DNA of 64,000 nucleotides from Eledone cirrhosa (GCA_964016885.1 OZ024746.1:68572001-68636000), one strand, 5' to 3'; positions 38,330 through 52,314 are shown, counted from the first letter of the stretch. Notes: generated by a model not told the origin, from the sequence alone. Numbers and translations are program-made.

Positions 38330-38396
<67 letters not shown>
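38330..38396. repeat. (CT)n microsatellite
   Basis: Directly visible. Confidence 0.95.
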
Positions 38397-38675
38397 GGAG
38401 AAGTAAGATAGATCAGTGGATCAGTGTAAATATAAGCAACTCGATACAGTTGACTTTATTGTGTTTCACTCTCCCAGACACTCAACTTGATTCTTTGCTC
38501 AAATCTTGATTCAATTTTTTAGTCAACTTAGTTCTTTCTCCATATAACTGCAACCCTCATCCCATATTTTCCTTCATGTTTAAGGTGTCTGTGTTTTCCT
38601 CTGCTTCTGATTGGTATTTGATGAAGGTAAGAGATTAAGGTCACAAAAAGAAATATATATATACATACACACATG

Positions 38676-38682
<7 letters not shown>

Positions 38683-38766
<84 letters not shown>

Positions 38767-38790
38767 TGTGTGTGTGTAGTGTGTGTGTGT
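38683..38790. repeat. (GT)n microsatellite
   Basis: Directly visible. Confidence 0.95.
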
Positions 38791-39405
38791 ATATGTGTAT
38801 ATATATATTCTTTTATGTGGATTTCACCGACTAATTTAGAAGAAGTATTTTGATAAGGAAGAAGGTTATTTGTTGTCGAAGGTCTAGATATGTATGCTAT
38901 TTGATGTTAACTTACTCTGATATGGTGCAGCTATTGTTAGAGATGTTGATGCTGATAATTGCTTTCTTTTGTTCTCTTGTTTGTGTTAAATACAACAGTT
39001 GTGCTTTATCATATAAAATAATCACTGTATGAAATATTTTATCTTGTGTTATTGCAGTAGCAATATCTAATTCTGTTAAGAAAAATTGGTCGGTTCTCTG
39101 CAGAGTTCTCTTAAATAGAGTAAACATTTATGATAATTAATAAAATGATTACATTTTTCAATTTCAATGGCACCTTTAATTTTCAACATAGCCATAGTCT
39201 AACAATGATTAATTTTAATATAATTATATTACTCTACAATAACAAATATACATTTCTGTATAGGTGCAAGCACAGGCTGTAGGGTTAAGGAATTTGCAAT
39301 CATGTGGTCTCTAGTTCAATCTTACTGCATTGCACCTTGGGCAAATGTTTTCTACTTTAGCTTCTGGTTAACAAATGCTTTGTGAGTGAAATTTGATAGA
39401 TGGAA

Positions 39406-39469
<64 letters not shown>

Positions 39470-39472
<3 letters not shown>

Positions 39473-39660
39473 GAAAATGAACAAACAAAACACAGGAGAC
39501 AATTGTACACACTTGGTGGAAGAGGAGGAGGTTTCGATGTTCCGGATAGAAGTCCTTCATCAAGAAAGTTCAGATAGGGGAAGAACAGATACTCCGAGGA
39601 GTAGTAAGGGAAGGTTAAGAAAGGAAGTTAAAAAGTTAAAAATAAAGCATGAAAAAAATA
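39470..39660 (-). mobile_element. Penelope-like 3' fragment with degenerate minimal hammerhead
   Basis: Minus strand tttc-tTGATGA-agga-cttcta-tcc-GGAAC-ATC-gaaa (39532-39567); abuts (TA)n. Confidence 0.5.
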
Positions 39661-39710
39661 GACATTAACTGATGATGATGATGATATATATATATATATA
39701 TATATATATA

Positions 39711-39911
39711 CAGGGTGTCCCTAAAGTCTGGACAGAAATGTAGAGTTAATGCATTGGGTTCACATGAATCTTGCAAAGCACATCGATCTTCTGATTACAA
39801 ATGTTGGAAATCAATTGGAGATGTTATTTATTAATATTTCAATTAAGTAAAATGTTGTGGAAATTTTTTTATTGAAAATATACATGTTGCCAAAGTGTCC
39901 AGACTTTAGGT

Positions 39912-39915
<4 letters not shown>
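39711..39915. mobile_element. Tc1/mariner MITE
   Basis: TA|cagggtgtccctaaagtctggaca...tgtccagactttagg. Confidence 0.75.
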
Positions 39916-39947
<32 letters not shown>

Positions 39948-42334
39948 ACTCTGTGTATGTCTGTGTGCAAGCGCGTGTGTGTTACTGTGTTTACATCACA
40001 TGACTTAATTGTTTCGCAAAGAGAGACCAAGAAAATAAGTACTGGGGTTGATATGATTTAAGGTGGTGCTCCAGCATAGCCACTGTTTAATGACTGAGAT
40101 TAGTAAAAGAATTTATATCTGTAATATTTTTCTTCTTGTGACATGTTTCAGTATTTAACTTTAAACAATCTCAACAATGAAACAAAATCAAAATATTTAA
40201 CATAATGAAATAATGTTATAAATATCTGTAAATTTATGTATCAAAATAGAAATAAAAAGTTACAATTTCCCTTTCCATGGATTCCTCTAGTCAGTATAAA
40301 TTTTGTTTAAACATTTCTCAACAAGCACAGCCTACAGTTACCACGCTACACTATCACTACAATAGCAGTTTCACCAATTATGTCGGGCACCTAGCTAAGA
40401 TAAATCTGTCAATCACTATGTAATGGAACCTCCCCAGATTCTACAGAACTTAGCCTGCTAGTTAGTAAAAAAAAATCTGCCAAATATTCCTCAAAATCAC
40501 ACACTACTGTCTTAAACAGTGTCACAAAATTAGCTAATGAATTGGTATGGAACTGACAGCTCTCCTGTAAAGATGCCAACTACTGAAACCTGACACTAAA
40601 CTTTAAACCTAAACCTCCTGGTATTATGAAATCTTATTATTTATCCTTTAAATCAAAATCTACTTTAACATAATTTCTTGTTGTAATTTTAAAGAACAAT
40701 CTTCAGATTTTTGTTATAAAGTTTTACTTTATTATTTCAGAAGCCATAACAATAACAAAAATGCATTTTTTTTTTTTAATGTTCTACTCGAATGCTAGCA
40801 TAGTCTCATTGCAACTGCAACACCACGAGAAATTTAATTAGTGAAATAACTGAAGAGGCTTTTCTGTCTCTAGTGACCTTCTTCTATTCTTCCAGCAAAA
40901 ATTCCTGTCCATAAACATAAGGTTTCAGCTATGAGTAAATTGTAACTAATCAAACATATATGCATGTAGCTTTCTAAATATATAATTATATTAGTTCTTT
41001 CTGCCAGAACCGATTTACGTTATAACAATTGAATCAGGCAGCAGACATACTTTCTGCACAGTCAGTGTAGTTGTGCTTTCATCAAGAACAAAAGCAAAAA
41101 ATAAAAACCGCAATAACATTCACTATAAAGACTTCTTCCTCCTGATTATATCAATGAAATATCAATAACTGTGTAATCCTCCAAATAACAATTTTTCTTC
41201 GTCAAATTCAATCCTTTTATTTTGATTCATTGACAGTTTCAAAATGGCTGCTTGTAATGTTATAGGGGGTTCATGTATAAACAGTCCATTTTGTTAAACA
41301 AAGCTTTATAATTTTGTTTGACTAAGGTAGAAAATCCTTACATCTAAGTATCTATTGTTGCTGTCAGTCATAATAGCTGACACTATAGTCTGCATTCATG
41401 AGAAATACATAGAAATTATCTAAGTTTATCTTTTCTATTCAAAGATGAAGATAGAAATCTGATTAGAAAAGATTAGAATATATAAATTCTAAAGTTAGGA
41501 ACAACTTTCCAAAAGACCATCACAGAAAGGTGTAATGTTTTGCACACTGAATATATAAACTGAAATAAAAATAAATGCTTCCATTCTGCATTTGTAATAA
41601 GTAATCCAAAATTTTCAATAATATGAATATCTATTTATAAATGATCCAGTGGTTATACTATAAAAGGGATAAATATTTAGCATAGAAGCCTGTAAATATT
41701 GACTGCAGGCATGGCTGTGAATACAGAAAGTTTGCAGTGCAGCTATGTGGCTTCAAGTTAAATCACACACACTGTACAGCACATTGAACAAATGTCTTAT
41801 ATCAGGTTGACCAAAGCCTCATGATTTGAGAAAAGTTTGATACATGGAACTTCTATAGAACTCAACCAAAAGACTGTTCCTATTCTTGAGTACTAGACTT
41901 AATTTGTCCCCCAGTTATATATCATAACTTGGTTCTGTGGGATATTTAGCATAAAAGCCTGCAACAGTTATAAAAGTAACAGAAAACATTATAGCATAAC
42001 TATAACACTGCACCAGAGATGTAGTGGGATACAGGCAGGCAGGCTAACAAAGAAGGAGTGTGTATGAAGAAGATACACAGGAGTAGTAACAGAGGTGAGT
42101 ATTTTGAAAGCAAAGTAGCCAGATGGAGAATGGTGTAGAAACAGTTCAATTTGTTATTACCTCTGCTAACAACATATCGATTCTTTAACATATTGATTCT
42201 TTCTCCAAGTGAAGGACAGATTGTACGATGCTTATGTATGAATTTCAATACTGTATGATAGTAAAACATGGATATTGAATGCAGAGGTTGTGTAAAGGGT
42301 GGAAAGAAATGAGGTTAGTATGATAATATGATAA

Positions 42335-42581
42335 TAATTGTTTCTACTTTAGGCACAAGGCCAGCAATTACCCAGTGCATTACTGGTACTTTATTTTATC
42401 GACCCCGTAAGGATGAAAGGCAAAGTCAACCTCGGCGGGATTTGAACTCAGATCGTAAAGGGACGTAACTATGCTGGAAAGCATGGCGTCCGACCCTCCA
42501 CTGATACTGCCAATCCACCGCCCTGTATGATAATAATGAAATTATTGTGTACAGTACTCAGGTGCACTACAGCTCATCAAG
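42335..42581 (-). mobile_element. SINE family A (42335-42523) next to CR1/L2 tail fragment
   Basis: Near-consensus copy, tatgataataat TSD; 42528-42581 matches the CR1 3' end. Confidence 0.9.
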
Positions 42582-42679
42582 CACTATAACTCATGTTCTG
42601 ATATATGTGTAATGTTAGAATACATGAATATTGGAACACAAAGGAGTTCAGAAAAATTGAATATGAAAAGAAACAAACA

Positions 42680-42935
42680 TAGTGTGCAAGAAAGAGACTG
42701 TGTTGGTATAGACATGTAACATATTTGAAGGATAGTTGGGTAAAGAAATGACAAATGCTGCATATGGAAGGAATCTGTCGAAGAGGAAGATTGAGGAAGA
42801 CTTAGAAAAAAAATAATGAAGGCTGATCTCAAGAGGCTGGAGCTCACTAACTGAGGATACATAGTACTGAGGGAGACTTGTCTATCCAAAATGTGTATGG
42901 AAAAACATAAAAAATAATTTTGATCGTGATAACGT
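42680..42935 (+). mobile_element. Old RTE LINE 3' remnant
   Basis: gtgcaagaaagagactgtgttggtat...ggaagacttagaaaa resembles RRL.WYGHV...GRPRK. Confidence 0.55.
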
Positions 42936-43053
42936 GTAGGTGTGAAAAAATATATAAAAATCATATGTAACAAGCTGGTGAGACAAATTAGCCTCAAATA
43001 TGAACACTAAAGAATATATTAGAAGGGATTTGAAATAGGTTCTTGTTGTTTAA

Positions 43054-43274
43054 CCCTTTAGCATTTACATTACTCTATATTTACTATTATATTTTCACGG
43101 TAAAGGTGTTAGTTCACATAATTATCTCACATAATATCGAATCTATGAGATTTTTATATTATTCATGTTGAGAATAATACCGTAACATCAGTATGAGTGC
43201 CCAGTTATGGCCAGTTTGAACAGAAAGCAGTGAGAGAATTCTGGCCGGATATGGCCAGTTTAAATGCTAAAGGG
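43054..43274 (-). mobile_element. piggyBac-type MITE family 1
   Basis: TTAA TSD, 14-bp TIR, reverse orientation. Confidence 0.9.
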
Positions 43275-45190
43275 TTAACCCTAAAACATCCTTAATTTAA
43301 TAAACCTATCATCAATGGCATTACAGTCATGATTATTTCCATCTATTTCTCAAGATAATATATTTACAATTACATCATTATCGAATATGTTCTATATTTA
43401 TTTAAGTTAGTAAAGTGTGATTTGAGGTAGATTTAGCTGGTATATCTAGCAGATAGAGTGACCATGTAGAAGCTATTTTACTGAATCGGTTTTATTCTGT
43501 TATACTGTTGTTTCTCTTTTTCTCATATTGCTTTTACTGAGATATTTTATATAATATGATATTGAACCAAGAATTATATGGATCTTAGCTGAACATTCCA
43601 CAGTACTTAACTGAACAGTCATATTGATTTCTCACATAGAAATCAATAATAGAAAAGGCTGATGTGGGAGCAGCATTCCATTGTGGATGCTGGATGAAAT
43701 AATATTATTAGTTAATATTGGAATGTCTCCATGGTAGAGATAGACTAATGGGAACTAGAAAATATATATATTTAGGGCAGACCTCAGACTGCTAGGCTGC
43801 ACAGATGATATCATATTGGTTTAAGAAATGATGTGATATCATGTAGATTTAGCTCTTTTTGACACCAACCTGCCTGAAACTGCTCCTGGTATTCAATATA
43901 AAACTACCCGTGTTAAAGTGTTCATACTTATATTAAAACTTTACATTGTAATTTTAGGTAAGAAATTTTTGTTAAGTAATATTTCAAAGGTCAGCTTACT
44001 AATACCACACACACATAGACACCACACATACAAACATACACATAAAAACAGATATGCACACACACACACATAAGTCACATTCTAGCATGGAAAATTGGAT
44101 GTAAAAATGATGATGGTGATGTGATGATGAAGGCAACGTTGGCATCAGGCTTCTGCACTCTTTCTGTCTACTAAAATTAGGGGTTATAACTGAAGACACT
44201 TGCCCAAGGTTTCAAGCTGTCAGATGCAACCTTTAAACCATGTGGGTGCAAAGCAAATTTCTTAACCACACAACTTTGCCTGCATCTCTAATATAATTCC
44301 TCAGAGGTCTAGAAGAATTCAGATAGCAAAATTCATGTATCATATTTTTTTTAGTGTCCATGCAAAAGACTTTTTATAATTTAAAAAAGAGAAGAAAATG
44401 TCAGTTTTGTTAGTATATGTATGATAATAGTAAATTCTTCCTGAAACAGGTCAATTCTTTGGTGAAGTGTGAGTTTCACTTCTAGATAGTTCAGAATAAA
44501 ACCAAACTATGGCAGTATTCAAGCAGAGGTTGAAATCAATAGATATTAAGAGAGCTTTGTTAGCTGGGAACAAAATTATCTTCTATAAGAAAATTATTCC
44601 ATAAATAGATGCTCGTTTAAGGGTGAGGTTTTTGAGTTAAAAGTAGCAGAAAGTAAGTGATATTCATGTGAGAAGAACATTTTCTGATAGCTTCAAAAAT
44701 ATGGTATTGAAATTGATCAAGCTTTCAGAAAAAAATTGGTGTTCCTAATTGTACATATTTTCTTAAGAATTGCATTCTCCTTTACAGACTTGGATATATA
44801 TATACATATATATATGTATATATATTTCCTGTCTGCCAAATTAAATGGATAAATGAAGAGATGCACAAATTACTCCCTCCACATACATACACAGGTGTGT
44901 ATATATATATATACACACTGTATATATACACATATATATATGTACACAGGCATATATATATATACATACACACACACTCAGAGATATATATCTTGCTAGC
45001 AAGAAAAATTTATGTGAAATGATAATGATGAAGATATATACACATACACTCATATGCACACAGATATATATGAATACAAATACATAGACATATGTATACA
45101 ATTATTTATATATATGTGTACACAAACATACATTTATGTGTGTGTCAGTATGTGTATATATACATATATATATATATACATCATCATCAG

Positions 45191-45241
<51 letters not shown>

Positions 45242-45317
45242 GTGTGTATAATAGATAATGTAAATATATTTATATGTATGTGAACACAAACATGCATGTG
45301 TGCTTATGTGAGTATAT

Positions 45318-45364
<47 letters not shown>

Positions 45365-45859
45365 TGTGTATGTATAATGTGTACATACAAATATATCTAC
45401 AATATCAGCACATACCTGTATACATGTGAGCACACACAAACACACACACATACAAACACACACACGAAGAGAAAAAACATACAAAGAGAAAGAAATCTAT
45501 TTTAAATCTGTTGTTTCAATAGTTACATACATTAAATGAACCTTTAAGTTCAGAATTCTTCAAATATCTTTTTTTTTTTATTGAACAACGAATACTATTT
45601 ATAATTGCAACAAATTAGATTTGGAGACTAAATATAATATAATAAGGTATCTTTTATTAGTTTTAGTTGTTGATTATTTTTACATTGTTTTGGTTTTCTT
45701 TTTTTCTGTCAAGGGCGCATAACTGTGTTAATAACATAGTTATCTATTATACACCTGAATTTGGCTGATTCATTAAAGTGCAGGGCAAAATGCCTTGAGA
45801 TATCTATTCTTGCCTTCTGTGATCTGAATTCAAACCCAGCAGATGCCATTTTTCATCCA

Positions 45860-46733
45860 ATTATGGAGGCCAATTGACAATCTTTGGTGTCCACGGTTAG
45901 CGGGTGGAGGGGCTTCAGAACATTCTTTCACAAGAAATGTATTTCAAGACATTTTTTTTATAAAATCCATTTTCTATATCTGAGGGTGCACCATTGAAAA
46001 TAGGTGTATGGAGGGGCAGGCAATCATATCCTCTCAGCTCTCAAAGCTGGAGCTATTCAGTGACATCTTAATTTTTGGTAACAACCAGAAGTCAGAAGGA
46101 GCCATATATGGAAAATAGGGAGCCTGATGAATGAACAAAATGCCATTCTTTGCCAAGAAACCTTGGATCAGCTGAAACAAAAGAGGCAAGGTGTTGTCAT
46201 GATACAGCTGCTAATTTCATGAGACCCATAGATCTGGTCTCTTGTGTTGAACTGCATGATGAAGACATCAGAGGACTTCCTGATAGTACTCTTTTCTAAC
46301 TGTTTGTCCATAGGTTGCACATTTGAGATGCACAACACCCTTGACAGTCAAAGAAAACAGTCACCATCACCTTGATTGTGCTCTGTACTTGACATAATTT
46401 TGGGGCCTTGGTGACATTGGATGCTTCCACTATAATGTTTGAGCTTTGGTTTCTGGGTTATACCTAAACACTCACATCTCATCTCCAGATATCACACTAT
46501 TCAGTAACTCAGGATTTTTTTGGCAGTATCAGGTAAAATGATAATGTGATGAGCAAGTAGTGCACACCCCACACACTATTTACCTATCAGCAACTAAAAC
46601 ATGCAGTGAGCTCTCCAAAAACACTACATGTGCATGAATGTATATGGCTCCACTCTGTATACTTTTGTTTACCTAACTTTCTTAACTGCCACAAGAAAAA
46701 ATATAGTTGGATACTTTTTTGACAGATCTCATA
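45860..46733 (-). pseudogene. Decayed Tc1/mariner transposase remnant(s) with one TIR
   Basis: Minus strand QAPYFPYMAPSDFWLLP resembles the mariner HPPYSPDLAPSDF motif (~46075-46128); TIR-like ggatactttttgacagatctcata at 46709-46733. Confidence 0.7.
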
Positions 46734-47025
46734 TATATATATATAACCAAATTAAAAGATATAGAGAGAGAAAGAACCATATATCATAGAAGAAACACAG
46801 TATATTGTATATATATATACCAAATACATATTCTATAGAAGAATATGTACACAGATGGAATCATAAATGAAACCTTATAACGCTATTTCATACCTGGAAA
46901 GTGTAGCTAAAAGTATTATGGCTCTAGATAAAATCTATTGAGCTTACTTATTGAGGAACACAAAATTCTAAACGTTTGATATGTTTTGATTGATCATTTG
47001 TGTGTGTATATATATATATATATAT

Positions 47026-47130
47026 TTATTAAAATAACAGATTAAAGTTTAAGCAAAGAATCGCTCTTTCACCCTTATATATTTATCCTTATCGAGCCCT
47101 CTTGGGATTTTAGTCTTCAAATTTATTATT
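47026..47130 (+). mobile_element. Internally deleted copy of FB3
   Basis: Left ~50 bp matches 17581-17634; right part matches 18102-18158. Confidence 0.85.
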
Positions 47131-47136
47131 ATTATT

Positions 47137-47325
47137 AGCGGTGGATTGGCAGTATCGGTAGAGGGTCAGACACCATGCTTTCCAGCATAGTTACGTCCCT
47201 TTACGATCTGAGTTCAAATCCCGCCGAGGTTGACTTTGCCTTTCATCCTTACGGGGTCGATAAAATAAAGTACCAGTAATGCACTGGGTAATTGCTGGCT
47301 TTGTACCTAAAGTAGAAACAATTAT
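47137..47325 (+). mobile_element. SINE family A
   Basis: Consensus match; inserted in the (TTA)n end of the previous element. Confidence 0.92.
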
Positions 47326-47771
47326 TACTATATATATATATTTCGGTATTGATTACTCATTCTCACATCTGTTAATATCACACAGACATATATATATATA
47401 TATATATATAACAAACTTCTGCACTGATAAGGCTTTGGTTTATTTGTAGTTATTGTAGAAGATACCTGCATAAGTTTGATTAACAACCAGAATCACACGG
47501 TTCTTAATCAAAACTTTCTAAACACATGTCCATGCCTGCACATCCATTTAAGATTGTTTGTTTATCTATCCAGAAAATCTTGCTCAGGACAAAAATAGTA
47601 TTTTAAAATGATTTTATGGTTTAGTCGGGGGAGAAATAGCAGTGCCATGTCCTTTTTCAAGGCCCTTGAGACTAACAGAAGAAAGACCTTGCTTGAATAC
47701 TGGCAACAGAGTGGACATCACCAAAGACACCTAAGGGCTTATATATTTATTTATTCAATTAATCAATTTAA

Positions 47772-47976
47772 CCCTTTAGCATTTAAACTGTCCATATCCG
47801 GGCAGAATTCTCTCACCTCCTTCTGTTCAAACCAGCCATAACCATAACATAGTGATGTTAAGGTATTGTTCTCAAAATAAATAATATCAAAATCTCATAG
47901 ATTCAATATTATGTAAGATAAAGCCTTTACCATGAAAATATAATAGTAAATAAAATGTCATGTAAATGCTAAAGGG
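47772..47976 (+). mobile_element. piggyBac-type MITE family 1
   Basis: TTAA TSD, perfect 14-bp TIR. Confidence 0.9.
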
Positions 47977-48410
47977 TTAAATACCTGTGTAGAGCTGGTA
48001 AGTTATGAGAGACATGGGGAGTTATCTAATACCTTTTATAATTAAGAAACAAAAACAAAGAAGAAAGAGGGATTGAAGGAGCGGAAAAGAAAGCAAAAAT
48101 AAGGAAAAACGTTGCAAACAAAATGATTGCTATAATAGTTAAATGGTTCTGTTATTGAATCTTTTCATAGCCACCTAGTATTGGAAGATCTTGTTTATAT
48201 GCTTGTATATACCTATGTGTAAATATTCTGACAGCAATACATCTTATGTTATAATATATTTACAATATTTATTATTTACTATATCACGTAATTTTTGTCT
48301 AAATAACTACAAAGTTTTATTGTATGAGAATTATTTCAACCAACTATGTCTTGCAATCTCACAAATTCATGACAATAAAAAAATTAATACTAAAATATGA
48401 GGTTGCAACA

Positions 48411-48733
48411 TCATCATTCATCATCATTTCATTTTACGTTCACTTTTCCCTGCTTGCAAGAGTGGGACGGGAACTGATTCTGGCTTGATTTCTACAGCTG
48501 GATGCCCTTCCTAACACCAACCTCATTTACAGTGAGTGCTGGGTGCTTTTTTGCCGTGGCACCTCCACGACCACTTTGCAGTGGAATGATATGGACCCCA
48601 GTCCCTACCATCATTTCTACAGCTGAGTAAACTGGAGCAATGTGAAATAAAGTGTCTTGATCAAGGAAACAACACATCACCCGGTCTGAGAATTGAACTC
48701 ACAACCTTTCGATTGCAAGGCCATGTGCCTCCA
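48411..48733 (-). mobile_element. SINE family B with head deletion
   Basis: Same deletion and same 5' flank as the 36679 copy. Confidence 0.92.
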
Positions 48734-48852
48734 TATTATATATATATATAAATGAAATATATATATATATATATATATATTAAAAATTTATTACGGGTTC
48801 AATCGAGGTTAATCACAGTAAGTAAGGTATTCAATACATAGCAGAGTATAAA

Positions 48853-49118
48853 CACCAACCTCATTTACAGTGAGTGCTGGGTGCTTTTTTTTTCCGTGGG
48901 GCTTACACGTCCACTTTACAGTGGAATGATAGGGACCCCAGTCCTATCATCTCATTTCTACAGCTGAGTAAACTGGAGCAATGTGAAATAAAGTGTCTTG
49001 CTCAAGGAAACAACACATCACCCGGTCTGAGAATTGAACTCACAGCCTTTCGATTACAAGGCCAATACTCTAACCACTAAGCCATGTGCCTCCATATACT
49101 AAGCCATGTGCCTCCATA
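48853..49118 (-). mobile_element. SINE family B (3' part missing, duplicated head end)
   Basis: actaagccatgtgcctccatat occurs twice in tandem. Confidence 0.88.
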
Positions 49119-49699
49119 TAACAATGCAAATTAACCAAATACAGTGAAAGTCCTACAGTATATATTACTGCAATTCATCAACTGATATTTATATATTATA
49201 CTAAATAACTACCTTTGGTAAACCATAACATAATTGGAAAAATATAGTGTGTATTTATTTCAGAAATTTCATCATGTTATATTAATAAGTATCTTTGGTC
49301 AATTACTAAAATGACTTCTGTGAAATCTATATTTATATATATGATTTTTCAACGTATGTTCGCTATACTAATTGGGGAGGGAGAGAGAGACATATATATA
49401 TATGAGATGTGAACATTCAGCTATTGCCAAGTTTTCAACTGTGATGTCTGTTGCAATGCTGTTTAGAAAGTCTTTTATCTTATGTATTGCAAGCTCTGCT
49501 TCAATTTGTAATATAAGTGTTTCTTTCTTATTTATTTAATTTTGATTTAGTAAATAGTGTATGTGACTGAGTGCACTTGCTTTTTGGTTTTTAATTTAAT
49601 CAAGGAGGGAATAACAGTATGCATGACCCCTCTTAAAGTCTATGTGTTTGATGTAAGAGAGGAGAAAATATTCTCATATTGGAGACTTGGCCTAAATTT

Positions 49700-49960
49700 T
49701 ACAACAGAAACTCACCAACAGAGAATTGTTTCAGCAGCTTCCACCAGTAATAGAAAAGTTAAACTTGCAGATCATTGTGTTCATTACCATAAGGAGATAG
49801 CAAGTGATCTTGTTCTGTGTTAAATATCAGATGGATACACAAACAGGGATAGAAGTAAAATTACATTGACAACTTACTAGAAGATATTGGAGTGGATAAT
49901 GTAGGAAAGCTCAGGATGCTGATGATGGATAGAGAGCTTTGGAGGGCACATGTAAAGACA
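49700..49960 (+). mobile_element. Ancient RTE-X-like LINE C-terminal remnant
   Basis: RKVKLADHC...EIASDLVL and YIDNLLEDIGVDNVGKLRMLMMDRELWR match RL.FAGHC and YID.L..D.G....L...M.DR..WR motifs. Confidence 0.65.
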
Positions 49961-50029
49961 GATGGGCAGCCTGTCAGTTGGCATAGTTATATAGATAAAG
50001 TGGACTTCACTAAAAGCACCCAAGAGTCA

Positions 50030-50465
50030 GATCATCATAATCATCATCATCATCATCATTTTTACGTCAATTTTTCCATGCTCGCATGGGTTGGGTGGGT
50101 CCTTTTCAGCACAGCACCTCTCCACTCACTGCATTCCTTCGTCATCTCCTCTGTGAGTTTCAGTGATTTGAGATCAGCTCTTGCCATCTCTGTCCATGTC
50201 TTCCTTGGTCTACCTCCACTGCAGCTTCCTTCCACTGAGATTTCTTTGCACTTCTTCACCCAGCAATCATCATTCATGTGCATCACATGTCCATACTAAT
50301 GAAGTCTTCTCTCTTGTACGCTCCTTTGGATTCCTCTTAAACCTAGTTCTCTCTCAGTTCATCCATTTTCTTTCACATTTACATTGCACATCCAACAAAA
50401 CATGGTTGCTTTATTTCTCTCTCGCCACTGCATAACAGTAGTTAGTTGAAACAAAATGGTCTCTT
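50030..50465 (-). mobile_element. RTE LINE 3' fragment (second subfamily)
   Basis: GHVMHMNDDCWVKKC...GRPRKTW followed by (GAT)n tail. Confidence 0.85.
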
Positions 50466-51997
50466 TTCTTGAGAATGTATAGTAACATGCTGTTATCTTA
50501 CTAGGTGGGTACCCATAAAAAGAAAAGTACAGAAAAATACTAGAAATAGCAATGAAATACACTCAATTACATCTTACCTAACCTAAAAGTTAAGATAGGG
50601 CTTCATTGCCAATCTACTAATCGAAAGAATCTAAGAAGAAAAATTAATCATTTCTAAATAATCATAAAATCACAGGTTAAGATTAGTTGATTAAACCAAT
50701 CCTTGTACTTAACAAGTTTTTTATTTTATCAACTCCAAACAAATGAAAAGTAAAGTTGACATTGGCAGGATTTCACCCACTTCTGAACGTAATGAACTAT
50801 AAGTAAATAACATAAGCTATTTTGTTGAATGTTCTAATGATTCTATCAAGTCAACAACAATAGCAACAACTCCACACATTGAAAAAGAATCTAAATATTC
50901 AAGACATAATACTCGTATATTTTTAATGTCAAATTTTCAGGCTGTAAATTTTTTTGCCAGGTAATCTTAAATGTTTAAAATATTGCATTTTTAATTCTGC
51001 TTAAAAACATAATTTATTTCCTCTTTCTTAAATATCAGTAAAGAATTGAGAATCGATTGATATGAAATTTAAAAAAATATAAATAAATAAGATAAAATAA
51101 AATGAAAAATATATTTCTTTTATTCAAGAGATATCTTGCAATATAAAAAAACTATTGAGAAATAATGGTACAGGGTGGGGAAGACATGGTGGAAAAGTTA
51201 AATGACAGTAGAGAAAATTTTAGGAAGAAGCAATTTTTCTTGTCTGTCTGTGCTGGTTTAGAAACTGACCTAACTTTACGATACTGTCAGTGCAGTAACA
51301 TCATGTTGGTTTACACTTTTCATACACTCCTTAGACATCACAGCATGCTTCTTAACTGTTCTAAGTAGTTGCATCATCCTCTAAAGAACAATGTATTTCT
51401 ACAGGCAGCATCATGTTTTTATAATGGCCTATATATTTAAAATGCTGAGTTGCTACCATCGTAAGTGCAAATTTCATAGAGATTTCCAAACATGAGTGGT
51501 AGCATGGAATAAAGAATCTGTAATTCTAAAATGTAACTAGATAGATAAACAAATAAATAAAGTTTATTTTATTTGTTATAAATAGTGCATTGCATGTAAA
51601 AACAGTGTAAAAGGTTTATAGACTTCCAGCAGTTTCAACGACGAGTACTCCAGTTGTTTGATTGATGGTACAGTCTACTCATTAATCTAATGTGTTAGTG
51701 AATAAGTTATTCCACAGACACATGTACACTTAACACAATTCTCAGGGCAATTCAATGTGACATAACATGTGACAATGCTAACCCTTCGAATTACAGATAC
51801 AATCCACTTGACAGGCTTCCAAACAGTTTCTGTCTACCCAATTTCAGACACAAGACTTGTGTCAACACAAAGTTATGGTAAAAGAGACTTACCCATGGAA
51901 TTGAAACCATACCCTCATGATTGTGAAGTAAACCTTTTAACCATTCAGTTTTGCTACCTCCAATAAACACTATGCTATAGAAGGTGAGCTGTTGCAA

Positions 51998-52314
51998 TAT
52001 ATATATATAAATGTGAGCAGCTTCCATCCGTCACACAGTGTGTGTGTGTGTGTGTGTGTAAATGGAAGGAAGCGGGTGGTGAAAAAACCATAGCAAAACA
52101 GCAGCTGGCGTTCCATTTGCTATGCTGTGTATGAGTGAATGTGTATGTGTGTATTTGTGTGAATGTATGTCTGTGAGTGTGTATTTTTGTAAGTGTGCCT
52201 GTGTTTGCACATTTATATTTATATACTCATACATATAAATGTGTGCATATGCACATACACACATACACACATGCACACACATATACATCAGCGTGTTGAA
52301 AAAAATTCTATTAG
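51998..52314 (+). mobile_element. Second copy of the Helitron-like repeat
   Basis: Aligns end to end with 14208-14554; subterminal hairpin tcagc-gt-gttga. Confidence 0.55.

Noticed and set aside
41236-41252. caaaatggc YY1-like motif as a promoter
   Set aside because: Single short motif with no CpG enrichment or other support
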